From the NCBI GenBank assembly GCA_963729605.1, contig CAVSNY010000006.1, positions 1 to 64,000 of the forward strand: a DNA stretch of 64,000 bases, read 5' to 3'. Position 1 is the stretch's first letter; every line of letters begins with the position of its first letter. The position numbers were made by a program, and so were the translations under genes. Shown here in pieces: positions 10,566-20,515 of the stretch. The DNA comes from an uncultured Gammaproteobacteria bacterium (GTDB taxonomy: Bacteria; Pseudomonadota; Gammaproteobacteria; DRLM01). The notes below the pieces were generated by a model that did no database searches, was not told the DNA's origin, and saw only the letters and a list, made by a program, of their open reading frames with translations.

Positions 10566-12893
10566 TCAGCCGCCGAACAGCGGCTCGTAGTGATTATTGT
10601 TGATGAAGAGCAGATTGAGGACATGCACGGCGCCTCCATGAGGACCGCGGAATTGGTTGGCATCGAGAAAGGGCACGACCGAGCTGTCGGGCATGGTCAT
10701 GAAGACATTGACGTCGAACTGGACATGGGCGCCGTGGGTGGCATGGACGACGTTCTCCACCGCCCGCAGCACATGCGCGCCTTGCGCGCCGAGGATATCG
10801 AGCATCTGCCAGGCGTCGGTGCCGGTCGCTTCGCGCACCCGCTGAATCAACAAGGCCCGGTCTACGCCCAGCCCGAGATAATTGAGCTGCTGATGAATGG
10901 AATCGATCAGGCACACGAACTCGAAGGCGTCGGAGCCGCCGCGGACGAAACCGAGGTGGCCGAGGGCGGTATCGACGGCGACGGGATCGAGCCGTTTGCG
11001 CGGCGCTTGCGCCACACTTTTGCCGATCATCGCCAGTTGGTCGCGGCCGGTGCCTTTGAGTTTTTCGACCAGTTCGCCCGGATTGGATGCGCCGTATTGT
11101 TCGGCCAGTTTTTCGAGCGCCACCGAGTCCATGCCCTTGAGCATTTCCATCAGTCCCTTGCCCATGGAGGCGCCCAAATCGATGTCGATGCGCTTGCCGA
11201 GGAACTCTCCGAAAATCTTCAACAGTGAAGCACCCTGTCCGCCACGTTCGATATAACCCTGTAATGCCCTCTCCACCTTCAGCAAACGCGCCTGCCGCTC
11301 CCCGATGCCGACGCTGTCCTCGTCGCGGCGGCCGTCGATCAAATCGAAACCGAAATTGAGGCCCATGTCCGCAACCAGGTCGCCGACGATTTCCGCGGGT
11401 ACCTGCAGGCCGCCGTTATTGGCGTCCACCAGCGACTTCAGCGATTCAAGTATGGTTTCCTGCAGGCGCGAGATGATGTATTCCTTGTAATAGGGATTGG
11501 CTCGCACCTTTTCCGCCTGGGCGTAGATGTGATACGAGATTCGTTTGTTGACTTCGATCATGTCGACCAAGGCATCGCCCATGCCGAGATACTCTTCACC
11601 CATGACGCGTATTCCGTCGGCGGCGAAACCGATGATCTGATTGGTGGGACCGTCGCCGGCGAAGAGATTGTCCTCGTTGAGATACAACACCCGATAAATC
11701 GCCGGGAGGATGACGTCGAGGCTGGCGCCTTCCGAAAGCGAAACGCCCAGCAGGCCCGCCATCGCAGCGAAGTATTTTTTCTGCACGGCGAGCGGCGCGG
11801 ACTTGAGGCGCGCCGCTTCGATGACCAGGGCGCGCTTCAAGGTCGCGTTGCGCACCACATGGCGGATATTGTCACCGGACTGCGCGCCGAGTTTGGAACT
11901 GTAATCCTTGGGCCAGGCGGGACGCGACATGCGGCCGACCTCGAATTTTTTCAGCACCGGCGTGGGGCTGCCGCGGGTGGGACGAACACGGTCGCCCAGC
12001 CAGGGGAAAAAGGCCCGCAGAAATTCCCCGCCGTCGGCGAAGGCGCGCGGCGCTTCGCGATACTGGCGGATGAATTCCACCAGTTAGGATTTGATGCCGT
12101 AGAGTTTGTAGCCCTCTTTTTCCAAGGCCGGCGTGACGACTTCGTCGAAGAGCGTGTTGACCCGCCGGGAGGCATGCGTGTAGGCCTCGCCGCCGATGGT
12201 AATCCGGCGTTGCACGACCGCGCCGCCCGCATCACGAATGCGTTGCGTGACCCAAGGCACCGAAGAAACATTTCGCGGGGCCAGCAATTGAAACGGGCGC
12301 GCGCCCAAACGGGAGGCCGCCGCGCCCTTCGCGTCCGCCTCGTGTTCCAGTCCACGGTCATCGTTGATCGCGACGCCGTCAAACCGCGTCGTCGCCGGCA
12401 CGCGTCCCTGCTTTTGCTGCACCACATGCCAGGCCTCATGCGGCAGGTGACGCTCTTGGCCGGGTGCGACGTGAATCGCCGCGCCTTGAGTGTAGGCCGA
12501 GGCCTGCAACTGGGCGGGACGCGGCGAGTTGTAATGGACCTTGACGTCGTCCATCGCGACGCCGGACAGCGTTTCGACACCGGCTCGCAGCGCACCCGGC
12601 AGGTCGGCCGCATTGGACGCAACGGCCGCCGGTTGCCCGTGACGCGCTCGCGCGGCGAGATGCTCGTCGATACGGTTTTGCAATTGAGTGAGTCGCGACC
12701 CTTGCGGACCGCGCTCGCTCATGAGTTGCACTTGCCTCTGGCGGACGGCCTCGTCGCGCCGGTCGATGAATGAAGGCGGAGACGAACCCGCCGCACGGCG
12801 AGACTGTCCGGCGACGGACGTCCCGCGAGTCCGGCGCGGCGCGCCGGCCCGGGAATGATCTTCCATCCGCCGCGTTTCTTTGGAGGATTTCAT
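10566..12893 (-). pseudogene. DUF4157 domain toxin-like protein interrupted by one in-frame TAA (12084-12086)
   Basis: ORFs 12084-12893 and 10566-12080 share a frame (ATC AAA TCC TAA CTG GTG GAA). DUF4157 motifs VKVHYNS..PAQLQA.AYTQG..IH..HLPHEAWHVVQQ; AGGAG RBS. Confidence 0.8.
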
Positions 12894-12957
12894 GGATCCT
12901 GCTCCTTGCTGGCCTGTTATCCCGCATCCTTGCCGCGCACACTCAGCGCAATTTTAA

Positions 12958-13107
12958 GGAAGCTCTGAATAATTCCATCCTGGAATTTTCAGCGCACCGG
13001 AAAGCGAAAATGTGATTTTCGCCTCCCTTCATTTTCAATGGCTGACACCATTGAAAATGGCGGCACATCCGTGTGCCGCGGGAACCTCTGAATAGATCAG
13101 AGGTTCC
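12958..13107. mobile_element. MITE-like element, copy B, with IS5-group-like ends
   Basis: TTAA|GGAAGCTCTGAATAA ... TCAGAGGTTCC|TTGA; internal perfect 12-bp stem 13030-13059; terminal palindrome 13081-13107. Confidence 0.7.
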
Positions 13108-13170
13108 TTGAATGTCCCGCTGGTTGTTCAGGCGTGCCGGCGATACACCGCGCAGGTCGCGCCACATTTT

Positions 13171-14103
13171 TCACCCGACCAGCTCCGCGATCAGCGCCGC
13201 ATCCGCCGCGCCGGTGGCGGGCCGACCGCACGCGGTTTGATATTCCTTGATCAAACGCGCGCTGGTCCGGCCGAAAATCCCATCGGCCTTGACGCTCCAA
13301 CCCCGCTCGGAGAGGCCGATCTGAAGCAGGCGCACATCCAGGCCGCGCTGCATCGGCGCTTGCAGCGCCAAGGCGCGGGTGCCCGGTTGCGGGCCGTCGT
13401 AACAACCGGGTGGGGTGGCGCACAACGTGGCCGTGGAGATTTCCTTGCCGCGCACCACCAGCGGTAAATCCAGTCCCCAATACGCTTGCTCGATCAAACG
13501 CTGAAAGGCGTCCATGCGATACACCGTCGCGCGCAGATCGGCGCGGGGATGGCCGGCCAACCAGGCGCGGCGGGTCGCGACATAGGCGGTGATCCACGGC
13601 CGTTCACCGGCGGCGGCGACATCGCCCACCTCGCGGGTGACGCGCCCCGCCAGCGCCTTCCACGAACCGTGCACGAAGCTGTCGTACACCACCGCCACGC
13701 CCAGAGGGCTGCCGATGCCCAGGCGTTCGGCGGTGCGGGCGGCCGGCTGCCAATAGACCTCGTCGAAGAAGGCATCCTGGGTGTCGCGCATCACCGGGTC
13801 GTCGGCGCTGGCGCGCAGGATATTGTGCAGTTTGAGATCGCTATCCAAGGTTTCTTTACGCGCCGCGCAATCCGGCAGGCAGACGCCGATCCGTTCACCG
13901 AAACGCGCGCCGGCGTTCGCGCAATATCGCTGCAGCAGGCCGTGCAGATTGCCCGAGCCCAGCGTGGTCTGCGAGCGGCCGAAGGTGAGCCGGCCGGTGT
14001 CGCCCGCGATCAGGGTGACTTGGCTGTAATCGCCGAGCACCTCGCCGGTCTCGAAAATATTGACGATGGCCTCGGCGGTTTTCTTTTGGGTGGCGGTCAG
14101 CAT
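13171..14103 (-). CDS. Chitosanase/lysozyme-like (GH46-like) hydrolase with C-terminal peptidoglycan-binding domain
   Basis: IVNIFETG..GDY..V..GDTGRLTFGRSQTT, Q..FFDEVYW.PA, YDSFVHG; C-terminal G.DVR.LQ..L..ADGIFG..S. Confidence 0.8.
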   Translation of the reverse strand: MLTATQKKTAEAIVNIFETGEVLGDYSQVTLIAGDTGRLTFGRSQTTLGSGNLHGLLQRYCANAGARFGERIGVCLPDCAARKETLDSDLKLHNILRASADDPVMRDTQDAFFDEVYWQPAARTAERLGIGSPLGVAVVYDSFVHGSWKALAGRVTREVGDVAAAGERPWITAYVATRRAWLAGHPRADLRATVYRMDAFQRLIEQAYWGLDLPLVVRGKEISTATLCATPPGCYDGPQPGTRALALQAPMQRGLDVRLLQIGLSERGWSVKADGIFGRTSARLIKEYQTACGRPATGAADAALIAELVG

Positions 14104-14173
14104 ATCGGTCGTCCGGTTCGTTCAACAGGCAATTCGGCGGATGACGCTGCGGCCATCCGCCACCGCGAGCGGC

Positions 14174-16057
14174 TCAGTTCATCCGGCCGTCGCGCCGCAA
14201 GGCCTCGCTCAACAATTTGAAATACAGCGCGGCGCCGTGATCACCCACCGTCTCCTTGAGCCGCGCGCGCAATTCGTCGGGATCGAGTTCGAGTTTGTCG
14301 AGGAGTTTGTACCAGACCGGCGGATCGAGCACCAGCCGGCCCAATTCGTCGATATAGAGCACCGTGCCGGCGTGGGCATAACCCATGGCCGCCAGGGGCG
14401 AGAGCGGCACCACGTCGCGATTATTGACGATGCGCACGAAACGCGCGCCGAGCCCTGTTTCCAACTCGCGGGCGAAACTTGCGTCGCCGCACCGCGGCTG
14501 CCCGCACACGTAAAGGCCGCCGATCCGCAACCCGGCGAGCGGATTACCGGCCGGCGCGGCCTGGGACTCCACCAGCAAACGGTGGCCGGCCAGCACCGCG
14601 AGCGCGCCGCCGAGGCTATGACCGGTCAGCCATACCGAGCGATTAGGATGGTGCTGTTCGATCAGCTGGCGCAGGGGCGGCCACACCGCGTTCAGCGCTT
14701 GATGGAATCCCGAATGGACTTGCAGGGCCGGCATCCACGCAGAGTCTTCGAGTTTGCACTGGAGGTCGGTGAGGATGTCGCCGGCCTGGAGCGGCTCGGT
14801 GCCGCGGAAGGCCACCACGAGGATCCGCTCCGACCAGGCGACGAAGAGTTGGGTATCGATCCTGCCGCTCGACACCGAAATGAATTGCGTTTGCAGACCC
14901 CAGGCCCGGCAGCGCTGACTGATCTCGCTTTCGGAACGATAGGCGAGTTCGGCGAAACGCGCCATCCAAAAGGCGTTGACCGGTTCGTAGCGGCGCGCCT
15001 CGGGCAGGAAGCCGGCGAAGTCGTCGAGATCGATCGCCTTCGCGGCAACCACCGGCGCGGGCAGGCCGGCGGGGGTAACCGCGCCCGGCGCCGCCGGCGC
15101 CTGGCCCTCGCCGGCCTGGGCCTCCCCGCTGGTGGCCGGCCGCAGCGAACCGCGCACCCGCATGACCTTCTGCAACATGTCGAACCAGAACGGCGCGCCC
15201 AGCGAGAGCGCGACGGCCGTCAAGGCCCAGCCGATCATCGCCCACCACCAACCCCAACCCGCCGGCACACGGTCTTGCCAACCCAATAAGGGCGTGAGCT
15301 GCACCGCCTCGCGTTTCGCGGTAGCCAGCCACGCGCAATCGGCCGGGCCGGCTGCCGGCGCGCCATCTTGGGATGCAGTCGCCGCCTTGTTCATTTCATC
15401 AGCGCCGAGACAGCCGCGCAATTCCGGGTCCGCGAGCGCCCGCTCGACGCCCTTGACGTATTGCTGGCTCAGCGCCGGGTCCGCGGTCAACACCGAAAAG
15501 ATGTGCAAGGTATCGGCGTTGGTGGCCAGGGTGACGACCAGGCCCACGACCAGCAAACGCCAGGAGAGTTTTCTGCGGAACCAGCCGACCGCCCGTTCCT
15601 GGGTGTCGCGAAACCAGAGCGCGATCAGTTGCTGCAAACGCTGCGTATCGCCGCCCGCCTCGCGCAGAAAATCCGTGAGCGTGGCGGTGGCCGTCGCGGC
15701 CCCGTACTCTTCACCTTTGATCGCCATGGCCACCGCGATCTGATGCGGCGAGTGCCGCAACTCGGCGTAACGCCGGCCGGTCATGACATCGAGCAGCACC
15801 TCGGCGAACAGTTTATCGCGGATATAAGAAGGATCCCGGTCATTTTTATCCTGCAGGGCCAGGATGCGCGGGTGTTGATAAAAGGCCGCGAGGAGGGCTT
15901 CGCTGCACAACAAGCGGCCAAGGGCCGCGCGCAGATTTCGCCCGCGCAAGCCATACCATTCGTTCCAGGCCTCCACCAGGGCGGTGACGATCAGGCTGAG
16001 TACGAGATAAACGAACATCAAGCCGATCAGCGCGTCCAGCATACCCAACGGCGACAT
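14174..16057 (-). CDS. Membrane-domain / class 3 lipase fusion protein
   Basis: N-terminal multi-TM domain ending ALSLGAPFWFD; C-terminal VVAFRGTE, VHSGF, TGHSLGGA, GQPRCGD, NNRDVVP, DH. Confidence 0.85.
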   Translation of the reverse strand: MSPLGMLDALIGLMFVYLVLSLIVTALVEAWNEWYGLRGRNLRAALGRLLCSEALLAAFYQHPRILALQDKNDRDPSYIRDKLFAEVLLDVMTGRRYAELRHSPHQIAVAMAIKGEEYGAATATATLTDFLREAGGDTQRLQQLIALWFRDTQERAVGWFRRKLSWRLLVVGLVVTLATNADTLHIFSVLTADPALSQQYVKGVERALADPELRGCLGADEMNKAATASQDGAPAAGPADCAWLATAKREAVQLTPLLGWQDRVPAGWGWWWAMIGWALTAVALSLGAPFWFDMLQKVMRVRGSLRPATSGEAQAGEGQAPAAPGAVTPAGLPAPVVAAKAIDLDDFAGFLPEARRYEPVNAFWMARFAELAYRSESEISQRCRAWGLQTQFISVSSGRIDTQLFVAWSERILVVAFRGTEPLQAGDILTDLQCKLEDSAWMPALQVHSGFHQALNAVWPPLRQLIEQHHPNRSVWLTGHSLGGALAVLAGHRLLVESQAAPAGNPLAGLRIGGLYVCGQPRCGDASFARELETGLGARFVRIVNNRDVVPLSPLAAMGYAHAGTVLYIDELGRLVLDPPVWYKLLDKLELDPDELRARLKETVGDHGAALYFKLLSEALRRDGRMN

Positions 16058-16400
16058 CCTTGACCCCCTCCCCCATTCGATCGCGCGGCCTTTTAATCAC
16101 CCGTCGAGCCTGGCCCTGTTTTCTCAAGGCCGGTACCCCCGGCGCGCCGGCCGCCTGCTTACGCCCTCAAGCCCGGCTAATGTAACTCAAGCGGTGATTT
16201 TTTCAATCGACAAGGCGCCGCGCCAACGGCGTCGCGGAAAAATCCACCGCGCGGCGTCGACAACCCAGTAATCCACTCGGCTATTGGAAAGCCAAGGCCA
16301 CGCGACACCGGTATTCGTCGAGGGCGGGCGTCCTTCTCGCACGTTATGACGCGCCGACGGACTCCGTGATCAGAGGGCCCGGCCGACTCGGCACCGCCGC

Positions 16401-16973
16401 TCACTCGCCGCCGGTCTCCTCCGCCGCGACCGGCCACTTGGCGAGGCGTTCGATGGTCAGACCGGCGGGCCTGGGCACACCGACATTCCAATGCACGGGG
16501 TAGTCGGAGACATCGCCCAAGCGGCGATAACCCCGCCGCTCGTAAAAGGCCACCAGCTCATGCCGCTGGCTGATCACCGTCATCACCAGCCGTTGCGCCC
16601 CCATGGCCCGCCAGGCATGCCGCTCGGCCTCCGCCAAGAGCCGTTTGCCGATACCTTGGCCTTGCAAAGCCGGCTCGACCGCAAACATGCCGAGTTGGAC
16701 ATCCGTCCCGTCTTTTTCCAAACGCATGCAGGCGACGATCCGGCCACCACCGGTGGCCACCATGAATACCGTATCTGTATGGACCAGCAGATCACTCAAC
16801 TCCACCAGGCTGGTGCGCGGACCCGCCACCCAATCGGCTTCGTCGGTCCAGCCTTGCCCGCCCGCGACGCCGCGATAGGACAGATTGACCAGATCGCAGA
16901 TGGCCGCCGCATCGCCGGCCGTGGCCACGCGGAACGAAAGGGAGAAGACGTTCTCAGTGGGTCCGTCGAGCAT
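16401..16973 (-). CDS. GNAT family N-acetyltransferase (start uncertain, up to 17018)
   Basis: GMFAVEPALQGQGIGKRLL acetyl-CoA motif; FYERRGY. Confidence 0.9.
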   Translation of the reverse strand: MLDGPTENVFSLSFRVATAGDAAAICDLVNLSYRGVAGGQGWTDEADWVAGPRTSLVELSDLLVHTDTVFMVATGGGRIVACMRLEKDGTDVQLGMFAVEPALQGQGIGKRLLAEAERHAWRAMGAQRLVMTVISQRHELVAFYERRGYRRLGDVSDYPVHWNVGVPRPAGLTIERLAKWPVAAEETGGE

Positions 16974-17124
16974 CGGCGAAGAGGGCTTATTGGATGAATG
17001 GCAAAGATAAAATATCACGATCGCATCGACACCATGGCCGTCCGGCCCCTCGCGCTTCGCGGCGGGCCCGCTAAAAACATCAACCTCAGTACAGGAATAA
17101 GTCGACGCCTGATAAATGATTTTT

Positions 17125-17151
17125 TAAGTATCGAGGCCGCATTACCGATAT
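17125..17151 (+). promoter_or_regulatory. Possible sigma28 promoter
   Basis: TAAG-N15-ACCGATAT ~100 bp upstream of the MHYT gene. Confidence 0.35.
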
Positions 17152-17254
17152 TGAATGTTATGTGCGCAAACGCCTTCCCACCCTTTTCTCACGACCTGTC
17201 GTACGGCGGGCGGGACATGGCCATGACCTTCGTCTTCACCTCGGAAATTGAAAA

Positions 17255-19342
17255 ATGACGGGCACCTATTCGTTCGGATTGGTGGCGCTTTCATTGCTGG
17301 TGGCGATCCTGGCCTCGTACACGGCGCTCGATCTCGCCAAACGCATCGGTCGGATTCAGGCCTCGGGTCATCGTCACTTCTGGCTGGTCGGCGGGGCCTT
17401 GGCGATGGGGGTCGGCATTTGGGCGATGCACTTCATCGGCATGCTGGCCTTCCACATGCCGATCAAGATGGGATATGACCTGTGGACCACGCTGTTGTCC
17501 TTGGCGATAGCGGTGGTGGTGTCCTGGTTCGCCCTCTATTTGACGACCATGAAAAAACTGTCGTTGACTCATTTATTGGCCGGCGGGGTCTTGATGGGGA
17601 TGGGGATCGCGGCCATGCACTACACCGGCATGGCGGCGATGGCCATCCATCCCGTCATGAGTCACGATCCGTGGCTGTTCACCGCGTCGGTGCTGATCGC
17701 CATCACCGCGTCGATCGTCGCGCTGTGGATGACCTTCTCGCTGCGCGCCGACGGGCGGCAATACGCCTTCACGCGCAAGATCGCGGCCGCCGCGGTGATG
17801 GGTTTCGCGATCACCGGCATGCATTACACGGGGATGGCCGCGGCCAGATTCGCGCCGGAAAGCGTCAGCCTGGCGGCCCAAGTTGACGGCACCTGGCTTA
17901 TCATCACCGTCTCGGTCATCTCATTGAGCATTTTGACCATCGCGATCATCCTGTCGATGCTGGATGCGCGGTTCGATTCACAGAACAGCAAATTCACCCA
18001 ATCGCTGCAAGCCGCCAACGACAAACTGCTGCACTTCGCCACTCACGATGCCTTGACCGATCTGCCCAACCGGTTAGTGTTGGCCGAGCGTATCGAGCGG
18101 GCGATCCACCTCGCGCGGCGCAACGACCGGCCGTTCGCGGTGATCTACATCGACCTCGACGGTTTTAAAATGATCAACGACTCGCTAGGTCATCTGGTCG
18201 GCGATGCCCTGCTCAAATCCGTGACGCAGCGCCTGCTGAGCATACTGCGCAAGGAAGACACCCTCACCCGCGTCGGCGGCGATGAATTCGTCCTATTGGT
18301 CGAAAATCTCGTTCAACCGGAAAATTGTTTGCATATCTGCGAACAAATCCAGGCCGCGATGCGCCTCCCGCTGGAGGCCGGCAAAACTCAATTACACATC
18401 ACCGCCAGTATCGGCGTCGCGATCTTCCCCCAAGACGGCGATTCGGTCGAATCCCTGCTGCACAACGCCGACGCCGCCATGTATGAAGTGAAACGCAGCG
18501 GCCGCAACGCCTACCGTTATTTCGAGCCGGCCATGAACACCAATGCCTTGCGCACCTTGCGCATTCAAGCCGATTTACATAAGGCCCTCGATACTCAAGA
18601 ACTCGAATTGTATTATCAACCCAAATTCATCGGCGACAGCATCGAACTCAACGGAGCGGAGGCGTTGCTGAGATGGAAACATAAAGAATTGGGAGACATC
18701 AGCCCCAGCGAATTCATTCCCATTGCCGAACGTTCGGGGCTGATTCTCGAGATCGGCGAATGGGTGATCCGGCAAGTCTGCCGGCAACAGGTCGAATGGA
18801 TCAAGGCCGGCATCGAACCGATAAAAATCGCCGTCAATCTCTCGGCGAAACATCTCCGGCAACGTCATTTAGGCACGTTGATTCTGGCCATCGTTCAAGA
18901 ATATCAACTCGACCCCGGACTGCTGATGCTGGAAATCACCGAGAGCGCGGTCATGGAGGATGCCGAAGAAAATGTCGCGACTATAAATCAGTTGCAGCGC
19001 GTCGGCTTCGATGTCGCCATCGACGATTTCGGAACCGGTTATTCCAGTCTCAGTTATCTGCAGAAATTCCAGGTACGCCAGATCAAGATCGACCAATTCT
19101 TCGTCGCCGGCCTGGATAAAAATCATGCCGAAGGATTCGCGATCGTTTCCGCCATCATCGGCCTGGCCCGCGCCTTGAAAATGGAAGTGGTCGCGGAAGG
19201 CGTGGAGGCCGACTCCCAACTGCAAAAACTCATGCGCCTCTCTTGTGATCAGTTTCAGGGTTACCTGCTCGGCAAACCCATGCCGGCGGCGGAATTCACT
19301 TCCTTACTGCGCCGACGCGGGATGAAACGGCTGTCGGGTTAA
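17255..19342 (+). CDS. MHYT-GGDEF-EAL diguanylate cyclase/phosphodiesterase
   Basis: MHFI/MHYT/MHYT repeats; RKED I-site plus intact GGDEF; EAL and DDFGTGYSSL. Confidence 0.95.
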   Translation: MTGTYSFGLVALSLLVAILASYTALDLAKRIGRIQASGHRHFWLVGGALAMGVGIWAMHFIGMLAFHMPIKMGYDLWTTLLSLAIAVVVSWFALYLTTMKKLSLTHLLAGGVLMGMGIAAMHYTGMAAMAIHPVMSHDPWLFTASVLIAITASIVALWMTFSLRADGRQYAFTRKIAAAAVMGFAITGMHYTGMAAARFAPESVSLAAQVDGTWLIITVSVISLSILTIAIILSMLDARFDSQNSKFTQSLQAANDKLLHFATHDALTDLPNRLVLAERIERAIHLARRNDRPFAVIYIDLDGFKMINDSLGHLVGDALLKSVTQRLLSILRKEDTLTRVGGDEFVLLVENLVQPENCLHICEQIQAAMRLPLEAGKTQLHITASIGVAIFPQDGDSVESLLHNADAAMYEVKRSGRNAYRYFEPAMNTNALRTLRIQADLHKALDTQELELYYQPKFIGDSIELNGAEALLRWKHKELGDISPSEFIPIAERSGLILEIGEWVIRQVCRQQVEWIKAGIEPIKIAVNLSAKHLRQRHLGTLILAIVQEYQLDPGLLMLEITESAVMEDAEENVATINQLQRVGFDVAIDDFGTGYSSLSYLQKFQVRQIKIDQFFVAGLDKNHAEGFAIVSAIIGLARALKMEVVAEGVEADSQLQKLMRLSCDQFQGYLLGKPMPAAEFTSLLRRRGMKRLSG

Positions 19343-19463
19343 AACGCAACGTGACGGGCGAATCAAAGGCGATGGTGATAAACCACCTTCATCTTTAACT
19401 TTATCTGCGGTACGCTGGCCGTAGAATTGATTCATCCCCATCACCGACGCGGCGGATAATTTC

Positions 19464-19685
19464 ATGAGTTTATTGATGGCGTTTATGTTCCTGCTGGCGG
19501 GCGTGATGTGCATCAACCGACCGGCACGCATCGTAGCCTGGCTGGCGAGCGCGTTGAAAAATCCGGGAAACCCCGAGGGACCCGTCTGGCTGCAGGGCCG
19601 CGGGATTATTTACTTCATCCGGGTCATGGGGTTTTTGTCGCTGATTAATGCGGTGATGTATATATATCTGTCTCAACAGGCCTGA
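19464..19685 (+). CDS. Small hypothetical membrane protein
   Basis: 73 aa with two hydrophobic segments; fills an intergenic gap. Confidence 0.5.
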   Translation: MSLLMAFMFLLAGVMCINRPARIVAWLASALKNPGNPEGPVWLQGRGIIYFIRVMGFLSLINAVMYIYLSQQA

Positions 19686-19707
19686 TTTTCCATACCGCGG
19701 CGCTCCA

Positions 19708-19875
19708 GCGGTTATCGACCACCAGTTTCACCTTCTGGCCGGCGGGTATCGTAAGTTCCGTGGGCTCGAATCAATGATTGAGGATCACGATTTCGTAGCC
19801 TTCACTGTCCGCGAAAACCTGCGGCGTCACGCCAAAGGTGAGCACACCGGCGAAAATGATACGGATAGAACGCAT
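19708..19875 (-). pseudogene. Truncated cupredoxin-domain protein (EfeO/FtrB-like iron-uptake type)
   Basis: Signal peptide, then EIVILNH*FEPTELTIPAGQKVKLVVDNR; TGA where R is expected; similarity lost after DNR. Confidence 0.65.
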
Positions 19876-19910
19876 GAGCTGTGGACAGATAAACAGCGCG
19901 AAGAGATAGT

Positions 19911-19929
19911 AATAATTACGATTATTATC
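19911..19929. promoter_or_regulatory. Putative Fur box
   Basis: AATAATTACGATTATTATC matches 14/19 of GATAATGATAATCATTATC; ~35 bp upstream of the cupredoxin remnant. Confidence 0.55.
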
Positions 19930-20191
19930 TATATTCGTCAACCTGTTAGCTAAACATCCCCGCTCAGCGATCCCGGCCATCCCCGCTGTGAGTTAAATCT
20001 GCCACATCACCGTAATCTGAAAACCGTGCGGCGAGTTTGGTGAACCGCGCATCGACATTTTGTTTATACTACCGGCGCAACGGCCGGCGGACGATCCGTT
20101 GGGATAAGTTCGCGCAACAACCGCGACTTGCGGGAACGGCGGATCATCTGACGGCGGTCCCTTTTTCTCGACACACCGTAATCGAACCCGA

Positions 20192-20268
20192 GCCCCGGTA
20201 GCTCAGCTGGATAGAGCATCCCCCTCCTAAGGGGAAGGTCGTGCGTTCAAATCGCGCCCGGGGCACCA
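20192..20268 (+). tRNA. tRNA-Arg (CCT)
   Basis: GCCCCGG/CCGGGGC acceptor stem, D arm, TCCCC-CTCCTAA-GGGGA anticodon arm, GTTCAAAT T loop, encoded CCA. Confidence 0.97.
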
Positions 20269-20515
20269 TTTCTTACAATAAATTGCATGACACTCGCGTG
20301 GCTTGGGATAGTGCCAGAGCGGCCAGCCTGCGTAGTAAGGCCATTTTCACTATCGCCATTTACATAGCCCACCAATCAACGTTGTCGTTTCCTTCCGGTG
20401 CAATACAGCTATCGCCTATTGACACCCTACCGGTGCGCTCTCTCATCCAGCGACCACAGCAGAGCGGTACTCATGTGCACAGCCCCGCGCGGCGCTTGTC
20501 AAGATCAGGTTTTAC

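Noticed and set aside
16191-16250. Imperfect long hairpin between the GNAT and lipase genes as an ncRNA
   Set aside because: Single copy, imperfect, GC-rich; cannot be distinguished from chance or a simple terminator
20269-20515. Prophage/ICE integrated at tRNA-Arg
   Set aside because: No integrase and no duplicated tRNA-Arg 3' end seen in the window
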